Positions 11,371 through 22,833 of a stretch of DNA of 64,000 bases are shown here, in pieces. The DNA lies in NCBI RefSeq assembly GCF_001194135.2, contig NC_068983.1, forward strand, positions 103,004,451 through 103,068,450, read 5' to 3'. Made by a program: the position numbers and the translations under genes. The notes beneath the pieces are model-generated. The model was not told the origin of the DNA and searched no databases. It saw only the letters and a program-made list of their open reading frames with translations. Every line of letters begins with the position of its first letter. The first letter of the stretch is position 1. The DNA comes from Octopus bimaculoides. Its lineage: Eukaryota.

Positions 11371-13110
11371 CAGTGTGTGTGTGTGTGGGGGGGGGATAAA
11401 TATTCATACATGTCAAAATTCTTTATTTATTTAATTTCTAATGAACATAAATGGGTTATACCAATACTATATTTGCATACACAAGCATAAACTAAGAATA
11501 TGCAAAAAAAACTAATAAATTATAGTAACTAATGAATTTATATACAATTATAAATATTTAGAGGTGAAAAAAGGTATTCATACAGAACATAAATAACTGA
11601 CAATTCTGATTTAATACTTCGTAGCATAACCATTATTCAGTTCCACTTCAACCAATCTCTTCTTGTAGTTCTTAATCAATGACTCGCATGTTTCTTTAGG
11701 AATTTTTGCCCATTCTTCTTGACAATTTTTTTTCAAATCTGGAATGCACGTTGGGGCTCTTGAATGAATCTTAATTTTCAAATAACACAAATTTTCAATG
11801 GGGTCCAAGTCAGGTGACTGGCATGGCCATTCTAATAATTTTATATTGTGGTTGACAATCCATTTTATGGTAGATTTCACCGTGTGCTTAAGGTCGTTAT
11901 CCTGTTGTAAAACCCACTCTTCACAAAGCTGGGGCTTTTCTACAGAATCCCATAAATTATTGTTCAAAATATTTTGGTACATCTCTGCATTCATTCTACC
12001 ATCTATTACATGTAAATTGCCAGTGTCATTTGCAGAGAAACACCCCGACACCATGATGTTGCCACCTCCAAACTTTACAGTAGGAATTGAGTTTTTCGGC
12101 AAATAGGCGGTACCATCTTTCCTCCAAAGATAGCTGCATGAATTTCGTCCAAACAATTCAATTTTTGACTCGTCTGTCCAAAGAACATTTTCCCAGAATG
12201 TATCAGATTTATCTTTATGTTCATANNNNNNNNNNNNNNNNNNNNNNNNNNNNNNNNNNNNNNNNNNNNNNNNNNNNNNNNNNNNNNNNNNNNNNNNNNN
12301 NNNNNNNNNNNNNNNNNNNNNNNNNNNNNNNNNNNNNNNNNNNNNNNNNNNNNNNNNNNNNNNNNNNNNNNNNNNNNNNNNNNNNNNNNNNNNNNNNNNN
12401 NNNNNNNNNNNNNNNNNNNNNNNNNNNNNNNNNNNNNNNNNNNNNNNNNNNNNNNNNNNNNNNNNNNNNNNNNNNNNNNNNNNNNNNNNNNNNNNNNNNN
12501 NNNNNNNNNNNNNNNNNNNNNNNNNNNNNNNNNNNNNNNNNNNNNNNNNNNNNNNNNNNNNNNNNNNNNNNNNNNNNNNNNNNNNNNNNNNNNNNNNNNN
12601 NNNNNNNNNNNNNNNNNNNNNNNNNNNNNNNNNNNNNNNNNNNNNNNNNNNNNNNNNNNNNNNNNNNNNNNNNNNNNNNNNNNNNNNNNNNNNNNNNNNN
12701 NNNNNNNNNNNNNNNNNNNNNNNNNNNNNNNNNNNNNNNNNNNNNNNNNNNNNNNNNNNNNNNNNNNNNNNNNNNNNNNNNNNNNNNNNNNNNNNNNNNN
12801 NNNNNNNNNNNNNNNNNNNNNNNNNNNNNNNNNNNNNNNNNNNNNNNNNNNNNNNNNNNNNNNNNNNNNNNNNNNNNNNNNNNNNNNNNNNNNNNNNNNN
12901 NNNNNNNNNNNNNNNNNTTTTTCACCCCTAAATATTTATAATTGTATATAAATTCATTAGTTACTATGATTTATTAGTTTCTTTTGCATATTCTTAGTTT
13001 ATGCATGTGTATGCAAATATAGTATTGGTATATCCCATTTATGTTCATTAGAAATTAAATAAATAAAGAATTTTGACATGTACGAATATTTATTTCCCCC
13101 CCCCCCACTG
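11371..13110 (-). mobile_element. Full-length Tc1-family DD34E transposon with long IR/DR terminal repeats
   Basis: TA|cagtg at 11369-11375 and cactg|TA at 13106-13112. The roughly 200-bp inverted arms are 11371-11572 and 12918-13110. The transposase reads WENVLWTDESKIELFG...QQDNDLKH...SPDLDPIEN with 34 residues between the second D and the E, and stops at 11611. The N-terminal half is in the N gap. Confidence 0.93.
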
Positions 13111-13117
13111 TATATAC

Positions 13118-13523
13118 GTGGAGACGTGGCTGTGTGGTAAGAAGCTTGCTTCCCAACCACATGGTTCCAAGTTCAGTCTGACTGCATGACATCTTGTGCA
13201 CACATCTACAATAGCCTTGGGCCAACCAAAGCCATACAAGTGGATTTGGCAGAAAGAAGCCCCGACCAAAGCCTTGTGAGTGGATTTGGTAGACGGAAAC
13301 TGAAAAGAAGCCCATTGTATACATATATATATATGTATTGTATATACATGTATATATCTATGTGTGTGTGTCTTTGTGTCTGTGTTTATCCCCCCCACCA
13401 CTGCTTGGCAACCGGTGTTGGTGTGTTTATGTCCCTGCAACTTAGTGGTTTCGGTAAAAGTGAGCAATAGAATAAGTACTAGGCTTAAAAATCCACAGTC
13501 AAATGGCTGAAAAAGATAAAAGA
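13118..13523 (+). mobile_element. Composite tRNA-derived SINE (family A: tRNA head + CORE-like segment + microsatellite + second module + (AAAAGA)n-type tail)
   Basis: A-box-like tggctgtgtggt, B-box-like ggttcc..gttcagt, and ...cttg.gca..tct..tatagcc. Carries an internal duplication of about 40 nt (ccaaagcc..gagtggatttgg twice). Confidence 0.8.
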
Positions 13524-13921
13524 TCACCCTTGGCTAGTACAAAAACTCATAGGCAACTGATCAGAGTGAATGCCTGACACAAATTCTTGCAACCGACTCA
13601 CATAAATAGTTCCCTCCACTTTGTTAAATCTGGCAAGTTGTTAGGAAGAATAAGTAACATCAAACTTCTTAAAAGATTTTCAAGTTATGTTTTTAATTAG
13701 GCACACAAACACACGACAGATTTTTAATATAAATAATATTTTAGACGTCATAAGCATCAACCAGTGCTTGTAATATCATCCAGCATCACGAATACACACA
13801 TGCACAGTATATAAACATACATATATACACATTTGAAGCTGATGTTTACAGTCTTCACTACATCACTATGTGAGTTCTTTTGCTTTATTTGTATACCCAG
13901 ACACACATACATATATATATT

Positions 13922-13952
<31 letters not shown>

Positions 13953-13958
13953 ATATAT

Positions 13959-14170
13959 TCTTTTACTCTTTTACTTGTTTCAGTCATTTGACTGCGGCCA
14001 TGCTGGAGCACCGCCTTTAGTCGAGCAAATTGACCCCCAGGACTAATTCTTTGTGAGCCTAGTACTTATTCTATCAGTCTCTTTTTGCCGAACCACTAAG
14101 TTACAGGGATGTAAACACACCAGCATCGGTTGTCAAGCGATGTTGGGGGGACAAACACAGACACACAAAG

Positions 14171-14203
<33 letters not shown>

Positions 14204-15191
14204 CATACATATATATATANNNNNNNNNNNNNNNNNNNNNNNNNNNNNNNNNNNNNNNNNNNNNNNNNNNNNNNNNNNNNNNNNNNNNNNNNNNNNNNNN
14301 NNNNNNNNNNNNNNNNNNNNNNNNNNNNNNNNNNNNNNNNNNNNNNNNNNNNNNNNNNNNNNNNNNNNNNNNNNNNNNNNNNNNNNNNNNNNNNNNNNNN
14401 NNNNNNNNNNNNNNNNNNNNNNNNNNNNNNNNNNNNNNNNNNNNNNNNNNNNNNNNNNNNNNNNNNNNNNNNNNNNNNNNNNNNNNNNNNNNNNNNNNNN
14501 NNNNNNNNNNNNNNNNNNNNNNNNNNNNNNNNNNNNNNNNNNNNNNNNNNNNNNNNNNNNNNNNNNNNNNNNNNNNNNNNNNNNNNNNNNNNNNNNNNNN
14601 NNNNNNNNNNNNNNNNNNNNNNNNNNNNNNNNNNNNNNNNNNNNNNNNNNNNNNNNNNNNNNNNNNNNNNNNNNNNNNNNNNNNNNNNNNNNNNNNNNNN
14701 NNNNNNNNNNNNNNNNNNNNNNNNNNNNNNNNNNNNNNNNNNNNNNNNNNNNNNNNNNNNNNNNNNNNNNNNNNNNNNNNNNNNNNNNNNNNNNNNNNNN
14801 NNNNNNNNNNNNNNNNNNNNNNNNNNNNNNNNNNNNNNNNNNNNNNNNNNNNNNNNNNNNNNNNNNNNNNNNNNNNNNNNNNNGAGCCTAGTACTTATTC
14901 TATCAGTCTCTTTTTGCCGAACCACTAAGTTACAGGGATGTAAACACACCAGCATCGGTTGTCAAGCGATGTTGGGGGGACAAACACAGACACACAAACA
15001 TATACACACACATACATATATATATATGTATATACATATATATGACGGGCTTCTTTCAGTTTCCATCTACCAAATCCACTTACAAGGCTTTGGACGGCCC
15101 GAGACTATAGCAGAAGACACTTGCCCAAGGTGCCATGCAGTGGGACTGAACCCAGAACTATGTGATTGGTGAGCAAGCTACTTACCACTCC
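13959..15191 (-). mobile_element. Family A SINE copy spanning an N gap
   Basis: Tail tcttttactcttttacttgtttcagtcatttgactgcggccatgctggagc at the left end; head ..cttaccactcc at the right end. Confidence 0.8.
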
Positions 15192-16033
15192 TACGTTTAT
15201 GTGTGTGTGTATATGTCTATATATACACACACACATGCAACACAAACACATATATACACAGACATCTCAAAAGTAAACAGACACCCCACCATTACACAAT
15301 TCAGTCTGTGAATAGTAGTAGTAGTAGTTGCATGGGGGGATATGGGGCATGTGCTGTAACAGCATGTCACTGCATCCATCATTTGTTGGTGATCCCCCAA
15401 CTCCTAGCAGATGACCCATCTGCACCATTCAGGGGGACGACCCTTCATCCCATGGGTCTGTTTTTGGTAACTCAGTGTTGATGAGGGATTTTATGAGGTC
15501 AGAGTGCAAATCTTACCTCAATCTCATTTAGTTGCCTTTTTACGACACAGGAAATGTTGCATCTATTCTTTGGCATACTGGTCCACACACACACAGCACT
15601 AGAGCAATGTGAAATGAAGTGTTTTGCTCAAGAATACAACACACCACCTGGTCTGAGAATCGAATCGGCAATCTGATGTTGAAATCACGATTGCCAGATC
15701 ATAGGTTTAATTCCCAACTGGACAGTATGTTGCGCTCTTCAGCAAAACACTTCATATCAAATTGCGTTAGTGCTGTGTGGAGACTGGCATGCCAAAGAAA
15801 TATCTGTGAAGATACTGCTTAATTAGCACAGTGCCTAAATCAGTCATGTCATTAAAAAAATGTTCAAGGAGGTCTACTAAATACTACACTAAGTATTTAA
15901 ATGCATCAAATAACATTACTTTGTTTCTAAAAATAATATACACACACAAATGTACATGCATACACACACACACACACACACAAATGTACATGTATACACA
16001 CACACACATTCTCTCCCTGTTTATTTTCTATTC

Positions 16034-16069
16034 CTTTCTGTTGAAGAGCGTAGGCTCAAAACGTAAAAG
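16034..16069 (+). ncRNA. Degenerate minimal type-I hammerhead ribozyme motif (likely Penelope pLTR/retrozyme-type repeat)
   Basis: CTTT-CTGTTGA-A-GAGC-GTAG-GCTC-AAAAC-GT-A-AAAG: stem I CTTT/AAAG, stem II GAGC/GCTC, palindromic ACGT helix III, GUA triplet. Two core deviations from CUGANGA...GAAA. Confidence 0.5.
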
Positions 16070-16435
16070 ACTTTTTCATTTTTCCTGAGCATCAAACTAA
16101 TACACTTGCTTGTTGTTCATACACCTGTCTTTGTCTTTTGTTTTTATATAAATTTCAACTATATATATATATATATATATATATATGAATAAAACAAATT
16201 CAATTTTAAGAATGACCATTGCTTGTTAGTGAGCTGTAAACCAATATCTATAAAATGATTGGCAAACACGTGTTTCTTCAGATGGTGAAAATTTATTAGC
16301 TTGTTTTGGTTCATGTACTATTATGTTGCTAACAAGCCCAGCCTTAGAAAGACAACATTTGAAAGAAATGTTACTATTCATAGGAGTTCCTTTCCTTAAA
16401 ATTTATTTTAATTTCAAATGTTTAATGGATACACT

Positions 16436-16663
16436 CTCTACTCTTTTACTCCTTTATTTGTTTCAGTCATTTGACTGCGGCCATGCTGGAGCACCGCCTT
16501 TAGTTGAGCAAAACGACCCCGGGACTTATTCTTTGTAAGCCTAGTACTTATTCTATCGGTCTCCTTTGTCGAACCGCTAAGTGACGGGGACGTAAACACA
16601 CCAGCATCGGTTGTCAAGCAATGCTAGGGGGACAAACACAGACACACAAACACACACACACAA

Positions 16664-16718
<55 letters not shown>

Positions 16719-16880
16719 TACGACGAGCTTCTTTCAGTTTCCGTCAACCAAATCCACTCACAAGGCTTTGGTCGGCCCAAGGCTATAGTAGAAGACACTT
16801 GCCCAAGGTGCCATACAGTGGGACTGAACCCGGAACCATGTGGTTGGTAAGCAAGCTACTTACCACACAGCCACTCCTGC
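16436..16880 (-). mobile_element. Family A SINE, complete and close to consensus
   Basis: All modules are present and CpGs are largely retained. Further minus-strand copies lie at about 17126-18110, 43965-44355, 47340-47505, 50410-50810 and 51810-52197. Confidence 0.85.
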
Positions 16881-17331
16881 GACTCTGTATATTTTTTCTT
16901 TATGATGCACAGTATAAGTTCTCAATATTCTCCATGAATACTAGTTTTCTTTCAATCTGATTTAAAGCAGCCCTGAACTTCATTTTCCTCCCAGAAATTA
17001 GCTCTCCATAGAGTAGAAACTTTGGAATTTCTATCATCTTCCACATTAACTGCATGGACAACTCAATTCAGCCTGGTATGCTGTAGATACATACTCTTAC
17101 CTGTATGTATGTATACATACATACATTTTATTCTTTTACTTGTTTCAGTCATTTGACTGTGGCTATGCTGGAGCACCGCTTTTAGTCAAACAAATCAACC
17201 CCAGGACTTATTCTTTGTAAGAGTAGTACTTATTCTTTCGGTCTCTTTTGCCAAACCACCAAGTTATGGAGACATAACCACACCAACATCAGTTGTCAAG
17301 CAATGGTGTAGGGACAAACTCAGATACACAA

Positions 17332-17363
<32 letters not shown>

Positions 17364-17927
17364 NNNNNNNNNNNNNNNNNNNNNNNNNNNNNNNNNNNNN
17401 NNNNNNNNNNNNNNNNNNNNNNNNNNNNNNNNNNNNNNNNNNNNNNNNNNNNNNNNNNNNNNNNNNNNNNNNNNNNNNNNNNNNNNNNNNNNNNNNNNNN
17501 NNNNNNNNNNNNNNNNNNNNNNNNNNNNNNNNNNNNNNNNNNNNNNNNNNNNNNNNNNNNNNNNNNNNNNNNNNNNNNNNNNNNNNNNNNNNNNNNNNNN
17601 NNNNNNNNNNNNNNNNNNNNNNNNNNNNNNNNNNNNNNNNNNNNNNNNNNNNNNNNNNNNNNNNNNNNNNNNNNNNNNNNNNNNNNNNNNNNNNNNNNNN
17701 NNNNNNNNNNNNNNNNNNNNNNNNNNNNNNNNNNNNNNNNNNNNNNNNNNNNNNNNNNNNNNNNNNNNNNNNNNNNNNNNNNNNNNNNNNNNNNNNNNNN
17801 NNNNNNNNNNNNNNNNNNNNNNNNNNNNNNNNNNNNNNNNNNNNNNNNNNTTATTACATTAAAGGCTGTTACTATCTATAAGTAAAGCTATATGTTGAAA
17901 ATGGATGCTAAAATCAGCCGTTAATGT

Positions 17928-17972
<45 letters not shown>

Positions 17973-18110
17973 CACACGATGGGTTTCTTTCAGTTTCCAT
18001 CTACCAAATCCACTCACAAGACTCTGGTCGGCCTGAAACTACAGTAGAAGATGCTTGCCCAAGATGCCATGCAGTGGGACTGAACCTGGAACTATGTGGT
18101 TGGGAAGCCT

Positions 18111-18295
18111 GACTATGAATTCTCATTTGTACCTATCATCATAGGTGCATTAGGTTATATGCCAATAGATTTGCACAAGAACATAAAAATATTCGGTTTC
18201 ATGGAGAAAGTGCAATAGAAACTGATGCGGATTCTCTAAATCCAATCTATTAGCAGTAAGTCATTCCAAAAATTCTCCATTTGAGATTCTTATAG
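18111..18295 (+). mobile_element. C-terminal fragment of a restriction-like-endonuclease LINE (R4/Dong-like)
   Basis: Translates DYEFSFVPIIIGALGYMPIDLHKNIKIFGF, resembling the PIIIGALG motif at the end of REL-type LINE ORFs. Stops follow downstream. Confidence 0.5.
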
Positions 18296-18680
18296 GAACA
18301 GAGGCACACACACTTCTGTGTATGTATCAACATTTCAACGAACACATCAACTCAACCACATATGTACAAATACCAGGAACTCTCTTAACTCAAAATGCTT
18401 TGTTGCTTTGTTAGCAACTGGCTTGAACTCTCTCAAGAAGGACTTAAATAATACATAGATATATAAGTATGTGTGTAAGTATTATACAAATGTATGCTTT
18501 GTGCTTATGAATAGGTAAGAACGAATATATTTTAGCAATGAAATTTGAGTTTTTTTTAACATTTCTTTTTCAATGTAAGATTCTAGCACCAAGCTTTTTT
18601 ACACATAATAAAAGAGAGTTGATATCATATCTGGAATATAGTAAATGTATTGCATATATAATGAGGTTATTTATTTAAAT

Positions 18681-18726
<46 letters not shown>

Positions 18727-18894
18727 GAATAAAAGGAAAATGATAATTATTCAAGCTGCAATTAAAAGATTATAGGTTAGTTAATTGCAATAATACTAAC
18801 AGATGTGTCAACACTGACTGCAGAAATTGTTCACAAGACCCATGTAAATAAAAAGCAAAAATAAGTTTGAAGAGTATCTCAACTGAAGAGAGCA

Positions 18895-18971
<77 letters not shown>

Positions 18972-19720
18972 CTATGACAATAACAACAAAAAAAACATCG
19001 ATAAACTTGACCAGAGTGAAATAAAAATAGCATTCCAACCATTGAAGCCACACAGATTAATTACAATTAAGGGTCGTACTTTGTTTATTATTATTTTCCA
19101 GTAAGAGAATAGTTAACAGATTAGATGTAGTTCCATGGGAGACAGACTGGTTGGTGTTAAACAGAAACATGTGACATGCAGCTCAGTGAAGGGAAAAGGA
19201 AATTGTACTCACACATGTGTGCCTGTACATATACACACACGTGTGTGTAAATACTTGTATGTATTCACGTTTATACATTTGCTTATATGTGTGCATGTGT
19301 ATACATTTATGTCTACACATTTATACACTATATGTATGTTTATACATTACAATATATTTATGCATGTTTAAACATTTACATGTATATATGCATGCTTATA
19401 CAATTCATATATATATGTTGAAGCAGATCTTCTACAGCTGACTGCCTTTCCAGTCACCAACCTTCATCTGCTTACTTTGTTTAGAAGCAAGTAAGGGCAG
19501 CAAGAAGACAATTTGGCTGTAGAGAATTTACCTCAACAAATTTTGTCTGAACCATGCAAGCATGGAAAATTAGACGTTAAATGATGATGATGTATGCATG
19601 CTTATACAATTACATAAACATATGTTTATACATAGATATATACATATATGATTGCATGCTTATGTGTGTATGCGAGTGTATTTGTATGTATGTGTGTGTG
19701 CATATATATGTGTGTATGTA

Positions 19721-19770
<50 letters not shown>

Positions 19771-20639
19771 TGAAGGCATGTTTTAATTTATATACACGTA
19801 TATGTATATATAAATTAAAAGATGTATATTATTTGTGTAAATATATGGTCTAGTTGCACTCATGATTACCAGATTGTAATTTTGATTCTCAGATCGATTG
19901 CAGGTTGTGTTCTTGAGCAAAACACTTTATTTCACATTACTTCATTTCACATTGCTCCAGTCCACTCAGCTATAAATGAGTAACCCTGCAACAGACTAGC
20001 CTTCCAATCAGACATCTTCTAAGCATCATTAGCAGTTTCATCTGAATAATTAATATATATTTGAATAACTTAAAATAAGAAATTTCACTGATAATATGTA
20101 TTTGGGTGCAAGCATGGACATATGGTTAAGAAGTCCACTTGTAAATCCTACTGCACTGCACTTTGGAGCAAGTGGCTTCAACCATAGCCTCAAGTCAACC
20201 AAAGTAATGTTAGTGAAATTTAGTAGGTAGAAACAGTAGAAATCCACCCGAAAGGCCATTCTTGGAATTGGATGGTAGACTCAGTCTACTCTCTAGTTTA
20301 AGATAAACACCTAACCCTTAGTTGCCTTTAGTAGAGTCTGCACTGCTGCTAATATTTGGGTCAAATCTGCAGTTTGAGGGTAACATCCTCCTGTCATCCT
20401 ATCAGTATTCGAGACCCTGATAGAATGTCAAGGGTGCTGACCATTCTCCTTTTACTATCTAAAGTAACTATGAGAGATAGAAATATAAATACTAATGACT
20501 TCTAAGAATTACATTACAGAAGTAAAGACACTGGTTCAATCATTTATTTTGCTTTGGTCATTGGAACACAGCCATATTGGGGCACCTCCTTGAAGAATTT
20601 AGTCAAACAAATCAACCCCAGTACTTATTTTAAAATTAT

Positions 20640-20674
<35 letters not shown>

Positions 20675-20816
20675 NNNNNNNNNNNNNNNNNNNNNNNNNN
20701 NNNNNNNNNNNNNNNNNNNNNNNNNNNNNNNNNNNNNNNNNNNNNNNNNNNNNNNNNNNNNNNNNNNNNNNNNNNNNNNNNNNNNNNNNNNNNNNNNNNN
20801 NNNNNNNNNNNNNNNN

Positions 20817-21126
20817 ATAGAAGTCAATTTCATGTTGCCTATAAATGTTTCAATTCCTAACTTCATTCATATTTTCATTCATGAATTTAAAAGGTAAAAG
20901 TCTCTTTAGGGCAAAAATTGACATAAATTCATTTACATTCTAAAAAGATGGAGAGTTCCTTACAGTCTGTAAGGAACTCTCCATCTTTTTAGGATGTAAA
21001 TGAATTTATGTCAATTTTTGCCCTGAAGAGACTTTTATCTTTTAAATTCAAAATGCAATTTAATTGTAAAATATGAATGAAGTTAGGAATGGAAACATGC
21101 GTGGGCGACATGAAATTGACTTCTAT
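20817..21126. repeat. Near-perfect long palindrome (arms about 150 bp, 1-nt spacer at 20966)
   Basis: ...aaaaagatggagagttccttacag-t-ctgtaaggaactctccatcttttt..., with arms pairing out to atagaagtc/gacttctat. The left arm runs into an N gap. Confidence 0.92.
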
Positions 21127-21847
21127 TATATAAATGAATTGATTTTCTGTGTTCACACTCTCCATTTTTTTTATATATTGTATTAATAATTCTGTTCTCC
21201 TATAGTGGATAGATGAAAACATCTATAATGACCACTGGAACTTCATAAGTGTTAAGCACTGATGTCGAAGAAGAACCATCAATAAATACCAATACTAACA
21301 CTAATTAACAAATTCCAGGAAAATGAATCAATATGAAGCTAAACCAGTGTATGCTAGGAGGAAATGCATTCCTGTTGAAAGAGCAACCCCTTTCTATCTG
21401 AAACCTCATAAATACTCTATATATATATTCATAAAACACACACACAATTACTAGAAAGAAATTCACATTTTTGAGGCTTATTGAAGTAGTCTAAGGCCAC
21501 AAACACAAGCAGGAAATCTAAGCCAAAATGCGAAAAGAAACAAAATCTTATCACACTATTTCTTAAAAATGATTTACTTCAATTACAAGGTTAGATCTTT
21601 TTCTGGATACTGGAGGTTGGATATCTTAACACTGCACAAATAAAAATCATAGATAAAATACTAACAAATGATATTCTGAAAAGTAAATGTTATCAATGGA
21701 GAAGTAGTCAAAAGACATTACGTAAAGGATCAAACTATTTTATTGACTCCTGGAGGATGTAAGTGTAAGGCATTCTTGATACAGCTTAATCTGAGAGCTG
21801 CGAAGGACCAACTCATATATATATATCACTTCACACACTTTAATGAA

Positions 21848-22204
21848 GGAATGGAAAATATAACAATTTTCATTGTCATTTAGACAGTGTGAAAGCTGAA
21901 TAGCCATCAATAAGACAGCAAAAGCAGAACAGTCTGAAAGTCTTTATCCTTTTTACATTTAGACTGGCCATATCAAGCCTCTCACACCTACCTTACAATG
22001 TCATTCTAAAACTATAAGAATCACATGGAATGGAAAATATAAGTTTTCATTGTCATTTAGACAGTGTGAGAGTTATATAGCCATCAATAAGACACAACAA
22101 AGGTAGAACAGTCTGAATGTCTTTATCCCTTTTGTATTTAAACTGGCCACATCAAGCCTCTCACACCTACCTGACAATGTCATTTTAAAACTGTAATGAT
22201 CACA
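21848..22204. repeat. Tandem duplication, period about 179 bp, including part of a piggyBac-type MITE
   Basis: ggaatggaaaatata..ttttcattgtcatttagacagtgtga starts at 21848 and 22027. Each unit contains actggcca.atcaagcctctcacacctacc..acaatgtcatt. Confidence 0.85.
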
Positions 22205-22538
22205 TCAATGAAATCTCAATGCTACAAGATAATGCATGATTAATTGAAAACAATGGGAATAAATAGACTTAACATTTGACAGAGTTATCTGAATACTAAA
22301 AGGTTATATAAAGATAACAATATGGAGATATTAAATAGAAAAGCTGGTACGATATTGCTCCTTAAATGTCCTTAATTGCTATAACAGACATGGTAATTCT
22401 ATTAGTAATTGAAATATCTCCAAGGTAAAGAGAAATTAGATTGGATGTGAATTCAAAGAAGCAAAACAGAATTAAAACTTTATAATTATCAACTTCTATA
22501 CATAACTGCTGATGTTTTGTGTGTGTGAGTGTGTGTGA

Positions 22539-22599
<61 letters not shown>

Positions 22600-22640
22600 G
22601 TTGACCACTAACGTGGACATTCAATGTGCTAGAAATAGAT

Positions 22641-22833
22641 CACATCTTGTGTCTACTAAGACCTAAATTGTTCTCAAAACAAAATTTAACGGAATACCAA
22701 AGCGTAAGCGGGCAAGACATTTAAAATTACCGAAAAAATCATTATTAAAACAGGGACTGGTTTCGAAATTAACAATCTTACCGACTGTCTGTCGTTTTGA
22801 GAACAATTTAGGTCTTAGTAGATACAAGATGTG
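22641..22833. mobile_element. MITE with 40-bp terminal inverted repeats
   Basis: cacatcttgtgtctactaagacctaaattgttctcaaaac versus gttttgagaacaatttaggtcttagtagatacaagatgtg (1 mismatch). The right flank is a gap, so the TSD cannot be read. Confidence 0.85.

Noticed and set aside
13118-13190. tRNA-like A/B boxes in several repeats
   Set aside because: These are SINE heads with no cloverleaf or acceptor stem, not tRNA genes.
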